From a bacterium (GTDB taxonomy: Bacteria; Patescibacteriota; Minisyncoccia; Phycocordibacterales; GWA1-40-21): a DNA stretch of 55,486 nucleotides. Position numbers and translations under genes: made by a program. The DNA lies in the NCBI GenBank assembly GCA_041308645.1, contig JBFZBC010000013.1:1-55486 (forward strand), given 5' to 3'. The notes under the pieces were generated by a model. It was not told the DNA's origin. It did not search any database and was given only the letters and a program-made list of their open reading frames with translations. Below are positions 1 to 8,724 of the stretch, in pieces (position 1 is the stretch's first letter; every line of letters begins with the position of its first letter).

Positions 1-245
1 CAAAATAAGTAATAATCAACATCCACTTCACCTAAATTATGCCAATCTTTAGCTAAAAATGTTATGACTTCTACACCTTCTGCTGTCAAATATAGAGCTG
101 TAATATCGTTAATACTATCCGTCGAAGTTCTAAAGTAGGTTAAATTAGCAAAAACCAAAATAGAAGAAACCAAAAGAGTGATTGCTAAGGCACTTATTAC
201 CTCTACTAAACTCAAACCAGACTTTTTCTTTAAAAAAATGTGCAT
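1..245 (-). CDS. Type IV pilin-like pseudopilin, 3' end outside window
   Basis: Absent from the ORF track because the window edge truncates it. The reverse complement from the ATG at 243-245 reads MHIFLKKKSGLSLVEVISALAITLLVSSILVF... This is a short basic leader, a G|LSLVE prepilin cleavage/methylation-type motif, then a hydrophobic helix. It lies directly downstream of another pilin gene and pilC/pilB. Confidence 0.65.
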   Translation of the reverse strand, partial: MHIFLKKKSGLSLVEVISALAITLLVSSILVFANLTYFRTSTDSINDITALYLTAEGVEVITFLAKDWHNLGEVDVDYYLF

Positions 246-246
246 A

Positions 247-708
247 TTATTTGTATTCCACTACCCCTGTCCTATAAATTTTAATAATACGATCTGGTAA
301 AAAATTATCTTTAAGTGATATAGAGACAGTGCCACTAGCATTAGAATAACCAGTAATTCGGCTAAAAGTAATTTGGTTAGTACTACTTCCTATTAAATTA
401 ATGGAGGATATATTAACCCGATTATTTAAAAAATATATTTCATTACTGGTGCTTGTTGGAATATAATTTATACCTTTATATAGTACAGCGGTTGAACTTG
501 AAAAATACACCCCGTATTGACTAGCAGATTCAGAGTTTAGAGCAAGAGATTTTGCCCGATCAATGATAGCAATGATTGAAGAAAGATCACGTTCGAGTGC
601 CTGAGTTTTTACTAATTTATAAAAAGAACTGATCACAATTATAAGAATTGAAGAGGAAATAATTAGAACAATTAAAACCTCAATTAAAGTAAACCCTTTA
701 TTTTTCAT
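247..708 (-). CDS. Prepilin-type N-terminal cleavage/methylation domain protein (GspH/FimT-like minor pilin)
   Basis: N-terminus is MKNKGFTLIEVLIVLIISSSIL, the classic KGFTLIE motif plus a hydrophobic helix. IDRAKSLAL resembles the GspH/FimT segment. 153 aa, immediately downstream of pilC. Confidence 0.8.
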   Translation of the reverse strand: MKNKGFTLIEVLIVLIISSSILIIVISSFYKLVKTQALERDLSSIIAIIDRAKSLALNSESASQYGVYFSSSTAVLYKGINYIPTSTSNEIYFLNNRVNISSINLIGSSTNQITFSRITGYSNASGTVSISLKDNFLPDRIIKIYRTGVVEYK

Positions 709-721
709 CTTTTTTTTATAA

Positions 722-1948
722 TTAAATAGTGTCCATTACAGAATAGATTGGTGTAATCATCGAAAAAGCAAAGAAACCTACTACAATACCAATAATAACC
801 ATTAAAACTGGTTCAATAATAGTTGATATATCTTTTGTTTTTTCCTCAACGTCAGTTTCATAATAAATAGCTACCTCCCCAAGCATCGAGGCCATACTAC
901 CTGTTTCTTCTCCAACACTCATCATTTCTCCGACAAAGGTTGGATATAATTCCGGATTACTCATAAAAATACTAGAAATAGTATCTCCTTTTTCTACAGC
1001 TTTTAGGGACTGCACTAGGACTTGTTTATAATAATAGTTATTTACGATTCCCATAACAATTTGAATAGCCTGTGCTATCGGTACCCCAGCAGAAAGAAGG
1101 GAGGACAATGTTCTAGCAACTTTAGCGGAATTTGCTTCTTTAACTAATTCCCCTACAACTGGTAACTTCATAACGACAAAATCCCGAATTCTTTTCCCAG
1201 TAAATGTTTTTAGAGAAAAGTATATTCCGAGAATAAAAACTATAACTACAGATACTGTGATGGGCCAATAAATGATCAGAAAGTCACTTGAGGAGATAAG
1301 TAATTTTGTACTAAAAGGTAATTCAGTGTTCAACTCCTTAAAGGTTAGGGTTAGACCCGGTACTACAAAAATAAACATTAGTATTCCAACAGCTATCATT
1401 ACCAAAATGATTACAGCCGGATAAATCATTGCCCCTTTAATTTTCTTTTGGAGATGATATGTTTTCTCCATTTGGATAACAACATTAGTTAAGGCCTGTG
1501 ATAGACTACCACTTTCCTCACCGGCCTTAGCAACAGAGATAAAAAAATTAGAAAAAATGTTCGGATATTTTTTTAAACTCTCACTTAAAGTTTTTCCTTT
1601 TTTGATCTCAATGTTTATGTCAATAACCACGCTTCTAAAGTGAGGGTCCTTCATTTGTCTTTCAATGACTGATAGAGCTCGGCTTAAAGACAGACCAGCT
1701 TTTGTCATGGTGGCTAGGTTTTTTGCAAAATTTATCTTTTGGATAGTTGAAACTCCTATAAGAAAACTGAAAATATTTAAAAACCTATAATAATATTTCC
1801 TAAGACCAATATTATTTATTTCCTCTGCTGATATAAGCATCCCCCCCTCAGCTTTTAACTCATTAAACAAATCAAACTTACTTTGAGACTCAGAAATCCC
1901 TTCATACTTTTCACCACTTTTTTTAATTGCTTTAAATTTATAACGCAT
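722..1948 (-). CDS. pilC: Type IV pilus assembly platform protein PilC (GspF family)
   Basis: 408 aa with a duplicated GspF-type organisation and three TM segments (e.g. MIYPAVIILVMIAVGILMFIFVVP, EPVLMVIIGIVVGFFAFSMITPIY). Stop is 1 nt from the pilB stop-start junction. Confidence 0.93.
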   Translation of the reverse strand: MRYKFKAIKKSGEKYEGISESQSKFDLFNELKAEGGMLISAEEINNIGLRKYYYRFLNIFSFLIGVSTIQKINFAKNLATMTKAGLSLSRALSVIERQMKDPHFRSVVIDINIEIKKGKTLSESLKKYPNIFSNFFISVAKAGEESGSLSQALTNVVIQMEKTYHLQKKIKGAMIYPAVIILVMIAVGILMFIFVVPGLTLTFKELNTELPFSTKLLISSSDFLIIYWPITVSVVIVFILGIYFSLKTFTGKRIRDFVVMKLPVVGELVKEANSAKVARTLSSLLSAGVPIAQAIQIVMGIVNNYYYKQVLVQSLKAVEKGDTISSIFMSNPELYPTFVGEMMSVGEETGSMASMLGEVAIYYETDVEEKTKDISTIIEPVLMVIIGIVVGFFAFSMITPIYSVMDTI

Positions 1949-1949
1949 T

Positions 1950-3707
1950 TTATTCTGAAATTACTCGCAAAATCTCCTCAATGGTTGTTATGCCTTGAGC
2001 AGCCTTAAATAATCCGTCTTCCATCATACTCATCATCCCCTCTTTTTTAGCTTGTGCATTTATAACATTATCAGCCTCTCCTTTTATTATAAGCTCTTTG
2101 ATAGTCTCCGATATCTTTAATACTTCATTAATACAAACACGTCCACTATATATATCTTCAGCTTCCACTGACTCCTTTGGTCTATAAAAAGGTATCGTCT
2201 CAATGGTATCTTTGTCTTCAATAATTTTCTCTTTTTTCAAAAAATGTAAAACCCTATCTAAATCTATAATTCTAGCCAGGGAAGTTATTTCTGATTTAGA
2301 TAACAAATATTTTTCTGTATTTTTATTTAATTTTCTAACCAACCTTTGGGCTATAACTACTTTAATAGTAGAAACAAGCAGAAAAGGCTCAATCTTCATA
2401 TCAATTAACCTTGGCATCGCTCCCGCCGCAGAGTTTGTGTGTAAAGTGGAAAGCACAAGATGTCCCGTCAAAGCAGCATTGATAGCGAGAGAGGCTGTCT
2501 CATTATCACGGATTTCCCCAACCATAATTATATCTGGATCTTGACGGACAAGGGAGCGAAGACCGTTCGCAAAAGAAAGACCGATTTCAGGTTTTACTTG
2601 AGTTTGATTTATCCTATTCATCTGATATTCTACCGGGTCCTCAATTGTAGAAATATTAACACCGGGGGTATTAAGAACATCTAATAAAGTATATAAGGTG
2701 GTTGTTTTTCCCGAGCCAGTTGGACCAGTGATTAGAATCAGGCCAGTTGTTTGTCTGACTGACTCATGTAAAATTTCTAGAGAGTCTCCGTGAAAACCCA
2801 TCATTTCAAGGGTAAAACCAGAAGCGCTCTCCCTAAGTAATCTTAGGACAACCTTCTCTCCATAATATATAGGTAGAATAGAAACACGGAAAGAGACATC
2901 CTCATCATTTACTTTTATTTTAAATCGTCCGTCTTGTGGTAAACGTCTTTCATCAAGTTTTAGGTTCGCTAAAACTTTTATTCTAGCGACAATACTAGAT
3001 GCAATGCTTTTAGGTAAAATCATGGCATCATGGAGAATACCATCAATCCGATACCTGATTAACAATTCGCCTTCTAGAACTTCTATGTGAATATCTGAGG
3101 CATTTTGAGTGATGGCATGTTTTAATAAAGTATCTAAAATCCTTATGACTGGCAAATCCTCAGCCAACTTTTTCAAATCCCCTTCTACACTAATGTTACC
3201 TTGGCCTTCAATAATATTTGATAAAGCGGCAGCATCTTTTTTTATAATATCACCAAACTCATCTCGCAAACTTTTCTGATACTGGAGAAGAGCACTTTTG
3301 ATAGAGTCACTATCAGTTAGGCGAAGTAATATTCTCAAATCAACTTTCTTTTTAATAAATTCAATAGCTGAAAGATCTTTTGTATCAAGCATTGCTACTT
3401 CTAAAGCATCACCCGACTTTCTAAAAGCAATGGCATTGTGCTTTCTAGCTATTGGCTCGGGGATAAGAGAGAGAACATTTAAATCAATCTTCTGATCTTT
3501 CAAACTGACATAGGGAATACCAAAGACATAAGCTTCTGCTCGTCTATAATCATTTTCGCTAATCCTACCGCTATTTACAAGAACATTACCAACTTTTAAT
3601 TTACTTTTACTTTCTGAAGATTCTTTTAAAGCACGGCTGTAATCAGACTCAGTTATTAAACCAGAATCAATTAAGAACTCTTTCAATTGCTTTTCCTGAA
3701 CAATCAT
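1950..3707 (-). CDS. pilB: Type IV pilus assembly ATPase PilB (GspE family) with N-terminal T2SSE_N/MshEN-like domain
   Basis: Walker A is GPTGSGKTTTLY. Asp box / Walker B is DPDIIMVGEIRD, and the His box is GHLVLSTLHTN. 585 aa. Confidence 0.95.
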   Translation of the reverse strand: MIVQEKQLKEFLIDSGLITESDYSRALKESSESKSKLKVGNVLVNSGRISENDYRRAEAYVFGIPYVSLKDQKIDLNVLSLIPEPIARKHNAIAFRKSGDALEVAMLDTKDLSAIEFIKKKVDLRILLRLTDSDSIKSALLQYQKSLRDEFGDIIKKDAAALSNIIEGQGNISVEGDLKKLAEDLPVIRILDTLLKHAITQNASDIHIEVLEGELLIRYRIDGILHDAMILPKSIASSIVARIKVLANLKLDERRLPQDGRFKIKVNDEDVSFRVSILPIYYGEKVVLRLLRESASGFTLEMMGFHGDSLEILHESVRQTTGLILITGPTGSGKTTTLYTLLDVLNTPGVNISTIEDPVEYQMNRINQTQVKPEIGLSFANGLRSLVRQDPDIIMVGEIRDNETASLAINAALTGHLVLSTLHTNSAAGAMPRLIDMKIEPFLLVSTIKVVIAQRLVRKLNKNTEKYLLSKSEITSLARIIDLDRVLHFLKKEKIIEDKDTIETIPFYRPKESVEAEDIYSGRVCINEVLKISETIKELIIKGEADNVINAQAKKEGMMSMMEDGLFKAAQGITTIEEILRVISE

Positions 3708-3715
3708 TTGATTTA

Positions 3716-3725
3716 ATTATATCAC
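3716..3725 (-). promoter_or_regulatory. Extended -10 promoter GTGATATAAT for pilB (near-leaderless)
   Basis: The minus strand reads GTGATATAAT, then 8 nt (TAAATCAA), then the pilB ATG at 3707. No SD is present. Confidence 0.55.
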
Positions 3726-3741
3726 AAATAAATATAATAAT

Positions 3742-3771
3742 AAAAAGCTCGGTGTTTTAACCGAGCTTTTT
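3742..3771 (-). terminator. Intrinsic terminator after the 891-aa surface protein gene
   Basis: AAAAAGCTCGGT-gtttta-ACCGAGCTTTTT: a 12-bp stem flanked by A and T runs, so the shape is bidirectional. Confidence 0.7.
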
Positions 3772-3857
3772 AGTATATTGTTTTACGCTTAAAATTTTGC
3801 ATTATTTCCCGTCGAAAATCTACTGATTTCGACGCGAATTTTACGCTTAAAATTCGT

Positions 3858-6533
3858 CTACTGCTCACCAATTCCTCCACCTTGCAAGACAACGGTGGTG
3901 GTAGCGGTACATTCACCATAATGAGTACTGTTAGAAACTAATGCTTGTACTGTCTTCAAACCAACAGTACTGAAATACCTTTCTAAGATATTATTATTTT
4001 CACCAGTAACAACAGTCCCATTTACCTTCCAATCAATTCTATTAGTAGTAGAGCTAATATTCCATTCAGTTCTGGTATTTACTTGGATAGGACTAGTTGG
4101 TGGACTATTGAAGGTACAGTTTAAATTTGAATCATATGTTAGTTGGGGAATATATGGGTTACAAGTACTCGTTGTACAATTTGGATCAATTATTGATGTA
4201 CCAGGACTGCTCCCAGGAGAAGATGCTGAAGAGGAAGAAGATGCTGGCAGAGAACAAGCAGCTGTAGCTGGGCAGGTTTGAGTAGTTGAACCAACACAAC
4301 TATTTCCTCCATTGGATGGAGGGGGATTAGTACAAGTTCTAATTTGAGTACTAGCCGGTAAACCACAAGCGGTTGGGCAAGAGGCAGGACTCCAAGCGGA
4401 CCATCCGCCGTGTATTGGTGTTTGTATATTTACTGTCCAAGTAAAATCCGTACCTGGTAAAGAAATAGAATAATCATTTATATTATAATTATTAGTTGAA
4501 CCAAAACCAATACGAGTAGATATATTTCCTCCATCACAATCGGGATTATTATTATTAGGATTAGTAGCGGTTACTCTAATATCTCCTCCACTAACTGCAC
4601 AAGCATACATATTAGAATTTCCCGCTGTAAAAGTAGTACTAACGGTACTTACTCCAGCTCCTGTAGCAGTACATTTCCAAACTGTAGTATAGTTAGTTCC
4701 AGACCCTAAACTTACATCCCACTCAGTATCTGCTAAGGCTGAGTTTACTAAGACACAACTTATTTTACTAGAATCAAAATTAATAGCTGGAGTATGAGCA
4801 GGAGTTGTCATAAATAATCTACCTTCATTATCAGAAGCTGAATCAGTAAAGTTTAGAACATTATCACAATATGGTGTATCCCAATTTCCACCGGCAGTTA
4901 GAAATGTACACACAGACCTAGCTCTGACATAAAAAACATCTCCTATTTTTAATGAAGATATATCTGTAGAAGCATTATTACTATCTACATTTATCCAAGC
5001 ATCTAATCTTCTAGAAACCATAATATCGGCGAACCGTCTATCCTCCCAACCAGAGGTTCTGTAAACACTAGATGTATTACTCTGAGAAGTTGAAGGTATA
5101 TATATTTCACTAGCAGAAACCAACCCTGTCTTAGCTACAATACTGGAAATCAATGGAAATAAAGAGAAGAATAACAAAAACCCAGTCAAAGCAACTAATG
5201 GTTTGTTATTATCACTTTTTTTACTCTTGATCAAAAGGAAAATTATGATTAATAAGAACAAAACAGCAAATAGTGAGTATAGTAAAATCTTGTAATCATA
5301 ACCACTGGCTCTCATAGCATAACAAGCTTCAGAATTTAAGGTATCGCAATCATATACAGCTTGATAAGAATCAACTATTTTTCCTTCACTATCTTTTAGC
5401 TCGGCCTCTAATTTTAAATAAGTGTAATCTGATTCCGCCACGAGCTCTGCAGCTGATGCTTCAACTTGAGTCCCAATATCTGTAGTTTGAGTATTGGAAT
5501 ATAGGATATTATTCTCCTGATCCTTCAAGGTTACAGACAATACTGCATCTTTGTTTACTCCGGAAGTGGTGTGGTAAGAAATAAAGGAACTAAAACTATC
5601 CCCTTTTAATAATGGGAATTTGTTTATTGCAGAATAATTAATACGAGTCTCTGTTATATCTGAACCTAATCTAATATTAACAATAGATGTTACACCATCC
5701 TTCTCTGCTGTTACTTTTATATAAGAAACCGGTAGCTCTATTTTCTCTATATTATAAACTAGGTTAATAGTAGACTTGGCTGGTACAGTAATAGTTTCTT
5801 TTTTAGTGTTAACAAAATCCTCTTTCCTTAATGAATCCCAAGAATATAGATCATAAGTAACATCAAGTGAGATAGCATTATCACTATAATTCACAATTGG
5901 CTGATTAATAGCAACAAATGAACCAGTACTAAATGATGGCCAAGCACCAATATGGTAATATTGCGCCCCGTTAATAGTGGTCAATGTTTTATCCAATTCA
6001 AAAACTTTTTTTACATCAGTGTCTATAAAAAAATCTGAGGCTCCAGCGTTAATTTCATTTGTAAAAGGTAAACCACCTAAGTTAAACCTATTATCAACAG
6101 AGAAGAAATAATCTACTGAATATTGGCCATTATTTAAACCAGCGGGAACTGTCCAAGAAAAGTTTACTGGTAGCTGTGAGTCCGCGTCAATAGCAATATC
6201 CTCTGCTACATAGAATTCATCCACGATTTTGTAACCTTCGGACATATAGGCTCCATGGACTTCCCCCACTCGAGCAAAAATATAACCATGGACTACAGGG
6301 TAACTGTTTTTATTGTGCACTGAACCTTCAAAATCAATTACATCACCAGGTTTGTATGTTTTACCCATAGCATTGTCCCCTGTGGATACAGCAAAATCAA
6401 CACTTTGGAATTTATACAAGCCTTCTTCGCCAGTGGCTGTTCGCAACTGACCTACAGTTCCTGCCAAAAGAAGTGCTGGGGTGGAGATTAATATTGCCAA
6501 CCCCAAGAACATAGTAAAAAATATTTTTTTCAT
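3858..6533 (-). CDS. Large chimeric surface protein: signal peptide, N-terminal beta-rich ectodomain, two central TM helices, Cys-rich C-terminal ectodomain with TSP1 repeat and PKD-like end
   Basis: N-terminal signal peptide is MKKIFFTMFLGLAILISTPALLLA. TM helices lie around residues 415-436 and 446-467. Residues 711-760 match the thrombospondin type-1 repeat consensus. A Ser/Pro linker and a C-terminal Ig/PKD-like segment follow. Confidence 0.85.
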   Translation of the reverse strand: MKKIFFTMFLGLAILISTPALLLAGTVGQLRTATGEEGLYKFQSVDFAVSTGDNAMGKTYKPGDVIDFEGSVHNKNSYPVVHGYIFARVGEVHGAYMSEGYKIVDEFYVAEDIAIDADSQLPVNFSWTVPAGLNNGQYSVDYFFSVDNRFNLGGLPFTNEINAGASDFFIDTDVKKVFELDKTLTTINGAQYYHIGAWPSFSTGSFVAINQPIVNYSDNAISLDVTYDLYSWDSLRKEDFVNTKKETITVPAKSTINLVYNIEKIELPVSYIKVTAEKDGVTSIVNIRLGSDITETRINYSAINKFPLLKGDSFSSFISYHTTSGVNKDAVLSVTLKDQENNILYSNTQTTDIGTQVEASAAELVAESDYTYLKLEAELKDSEGKIVDSYQAVYDCDTLNSEACYAMRASGYDYKILLYSLFAVLFLLIIIFLLIKSKKSDNNKPLVALTGFLLFFSLFPLISSIVAKTGLVSASEIYIPSTSQSNTSSVYRTSGWEDRRFADIMVSRRLDAWINVDSNNASTDISSLKIGDVFYVRARSVCTFLTAGGNWDTPYCDNVLNFTDSASDNEGRLFMTTPAHTPAINFDSSKISCVLVNSALADTEWDVSLGSGTNYTTVWKCTATGAGVSTVSTTFTAGNSNMYACAVSGGDIRVTATNPNNNNPDCDGGNISTRIGFGSTNNYNINDYSISLPGTDFTWTVNIQTPIHGGWSAWSPASCPTACGLPASTQIRTCTNPPPSNGGNSCVGSTTQTCPATAACSLPASSSSSASSPGSSPGTSIIDPNCTTSTCNPYIPQLTYDSNLNCTFNSPPTSPIQVNTRTEWNISSTTNRIDWKVNGTVVTGENNNILERYFSTVGLKTVQALVSNSTHYGECTATTTVVLQGGGIGEQ

Positions 6534-6580
6534 TTTTATTTAGATAAAATTAATAAATGCTAGTAAATAATTATTAGTTT

Positions 6581-6590
6581 ATTATATCAC
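6581..6590 (-). promoter_or_regulatory. Extended -10 promoter GTGATATAAT for the 891-aa gene
   Basis: The same 10-mer as at pilB and both Cas2-like genes. It lies 47 nt upstream of the ATG at 6533. Confidence 0.45.
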
Positions 6591-6598
6591 ATATAAAT

Positions 6599-6626
6599 TT
6601 GACAGCAATGGAAAATTTGCTATACT
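6599..6626 (+). promoter_or_regulatory. Sigma70-type promoter upstream of nusA (TTGACA-16-TATACT)
   Basis: Consensus TTGACA at 6599-6604, a 16-nt spacer, then TATACT at 6621-6626. This predicts a leader of about 195 nt before nusA. Confidence 0.6.
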
Positions 6627-6826
6627 AGTAAATAAGTACGCAGTTCGCCAAAAAGGCGGACTCGTTTTGTAAGAAAACACTGAGTAAAAGTAGCAATTTA
6701 TTAATTTAATAAGAGGAGGTGGTAGACTTTAGTGTCACGACCCCGTGCAATAGAAACTGTTTTGCTAAAACAAAACATTGCACAGGGTGTTGATTTTTAT
6801 AGTCGCTTCGCTCCTTAAAAATCAAC

Positions 6827-8032
6827 ATGGTAGATCTAAAAGTATTAAATGCGGTTTTAGAACAGTTAGAACAAGAAAGGGGTGTCCAAAAGGAAAAGAT
6901 GCTTGAGGCTATTAGTATGTCTTTAGCCACCGCTTATAAAAAGGAATATGGTAAAAGAGGTCAGATCATCAAAGCTAAATTTGATATAAATTCAGGTAAA
7001 ACTGAGTTTGAACAAGTAAAGGTTGTTGTAAAAAAAGATGAGGTGGTCATGCCAGATGAAAATGAGCCTTTAGATAATAAAAAGACCGAATACGGTCATA
7101 AAACAAAAAGTAAAGAATTTGGAGATGATGAAGATGAAGTGGTTTATTTTAATCCAGAACATCATATCTTAATAGAAGACGCCAAAAAAATTAAAAAGGG
7201 GGTAGAAGCTGGTGAAGAAATAATTTTTCCACTTGAAACTAAAGATGATTTCAGCCGAATTGCTGCCCAAACTGCTAAACAAGTTATCATCCAAAAGCTC
7301 CGAGAGGCAGAGAAAGTTTCTGTTCTTGGTGAATATGGTAAAAAGGAAGGTGAAATTGTTACTGGTAATGTTCAAAGAATGGAGCGAGGAAATATCTTCA
7401 TTGATATGGGCCGGGCCACTGCTATCTTGCCTTATGAAGAACAAATCCCTGGTGAAAAGTATAAGCAAGGAGAAAGAGTTCGAGCTTATCTTTACCGAGT
7501 AGAAGAAACTCCTAAAGGAATCTTTCTTAAGCTTTCACGTTCTCACCCAAAATTTCTAGAAGAATTATTTAAGCAAGAAGCTCCAGAAGTGTCCAACGGT
7601 ACGGTAATAATGAAGGCAATTGCCAGGGAAGCTGGCTCTCGCTCAAAGGTAGCTGTCCAATCAATTGATGAACATATTGATCCAGTGGGTTCACTTGTGG
7701 GTCAACGTGGAGTCCGTGTAGCGACCGTTATGAGCGAACTAGGTGGAGAAAAAATAGATATTATTGAATGGTCGGCAGATCAGAAGAGATTTATTGAGGA
7801 CGCCCTATCTCCTGCTAAAATATTAAATATTGAGACTGATGATGAAGAGAAAAAAGCAATTGTAGAAGTTTCTCCTGACCAGCAATCTCTCGCTATTGGT
7901 AAAGGTGGTCAAAATGTCCGCCTCGCAGCTAAACTCACCGGCTGGAAAATTGATATTCACTCCACTGCCGCTCCGATTGTGGCAGAGGAAAATGATGATT
8001 TAGAAACTGCGAATGGAAGTGATGGGAAGTAA
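6827..8032 (+). CDS. nusA: Transcription termination/antitermination factor NusA
   Basis: NusA N-terminal domain (LNAVLEQLEQERGVQKEKMLEAISMSLATAYKK). S1 domain (GEIVTGNVQRMERGNIFIDMG). Two KH domains (GQRGVRV..., IGKGGQNVRLAAKLTGWKIDI). There is an acidic/basic insertion after the NTD. Confidence 0.95.
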   Translation: MVDLKVLNAVLEQLEQERGVQKEKMLEAISMSLATAYKKEYGKRGQIIKAKFDINSGKTEFEQVKVVVKKDEVVMPDENEPLDNKKTEYGHKTKSKEFGDDEDEVVYFNPEHHILIEDAKKIKKGVEAGEEIIFPLETKDDFSRIAAQTAKQVIIQKLREAEKVSVLGEYGKKEGEIVTGNVQRMERGNIFIDMGRATAILPYEEQIPGEKYKQGERVRAYLYRVEETPKGIFLKLSRSHPKFLEELFKQEAPEVSNGTVIMKAIAREAGSRSKVAVQSIDEHIDPVGSLVGQRGVRVATVMSELGGEKIDIIEWSADQKRFIEDALSPAKILNIETDDEEKKAIVEVSPDQQSLAIGKGGQNVRLAAKLTGWKIDIHSTAAPIVAEENDDLETANGSDGK

Positions 8033-8085
8033 AAAACACCCCAAAATCAGAATTTGACCTCTCCTAAGAAAGGAAGGGTTGGTAA

Positions 8086-8126
8086 TTAAAAAAGGCGGGG
8101 ATGTTCAAAAAACACTCCCCGCCTTT
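8086..8126 (-). terminator. Intrinsic terminator for the 8204..8724 two-gene unit
   Basis: AAAGGCGGGGA-14 nt-TCCCCGCCTTT: an 11-bp GC-rich stem followed on the minus strand by a T6-7 run. Confidence 0.75.
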
Positions 8127-8203
8127 AGCAATAACCGCTACCGATTTTAGATAGCCAAAGCTACTTGAATCACTTCCACAATGCGACTTCCGATAGAGAT
8201 GCC

Positions 8204-8413
8204 TCAGCTATTCTGGAGTTTGATCTCCTCCTCGGTCAGTTCGCGGGTGGTAGCTTTTGGAAACTTCACATTGAAAAAACCAAAGCCTTCAACCCATGAC
8301 CCAGTATAGTAATCCCCCTCTTCTCCATCAACAAAGCAGAGGGTGGGCTCATCTTCGCTCAAATCCCCAAGCCTATGCTCTGCCTTTGTTGCCATCATGT
8401 AATGTGGACTCAT
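8204..8413 (-). CDS. Small acidic hypothetical protein (69 aa)
   Basis: ORF with SD AAAGGAGAT. It overlaps the upstream gene by ATGA. Visibly higher GC than its surroundings. No recognisable motif. Confidence 0.6.
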   Translation of the reverse strand: MSPHYMMATKAEHRLGDLSEDEPTLCFVDGEEGDYYTGSWVEGFGFFNVKFPKATTRELTEEEIKLQNS

Positions 8414-8724
8414 AATGATCTCCTTTCTGTGACATTATTAGACTCAATTTTTATCAACCTATCCATATCCCAATAAACCAAAACCAGGGTAAGGACTCCC
8501 ACTAAAGCTAGCAGCTCATTCCAAGGGAAAGGAGCTATCCACATGCTAATCAGGGAGACAAGGGCTACTATGCCAAAAAAACTATTTCTAGCAAAATTTG
8601 CCGCTTCCCTTTTTTTATTCTCTTTGACCATACGATAAGTCCACCAAAATGAAAGGATTGAGCAGAGAATAAAAACGAAAGAAAAAATAATGACAATGCC
8701 TAATCTATTAAAGAACTTATTCAT
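8410..8724 (-). CDS. Small membrane protein (104 aa, about 3 TM)
   Basis: Near-perfect SD GGAGGTGAT lies just before the ATG. Hydrophobic segments: IVIIFSFVFILCSILSFWW, FFGIVALVSLISMWIAPF, LLALVGVLTLVLVYW. Confidence 0.65.
   Translation of the reverse strand: MNKFFNRLGIVIIFSFVFILCSILSFWWTYRMVKENKKREAANFARNSFFGIVALVSLISMWIAPFPWNELLALVGVLTLVLVYWDMDRLIKIESNNVTERRSL

Noticed and set aside
2203-3495. Antisense ORFs inside pilB (2203..2544, 2460..2684, 3298..3495). Similar antisense or overlapping ORFs occur inside nusA, hppA, the 230-aa gene, tig, typA, truB, hisS, the glucan synthase, the GH, the DMT, the GT28-like gene, the GT2, the HK, the GAMT-like gene, trpB and others.
   Set aside because: All are embedded in longer ORFs that have clear family motifs. 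They show no independent start signals and are typical shadow ORFs.
6706-6930. The 74-aa minus-strand ORF overlapping the nusA start and leader.
   Set aside because: It is antisense to the well-supported nusA 5' end. It has no start context, and its composition is explained by the leader structure.
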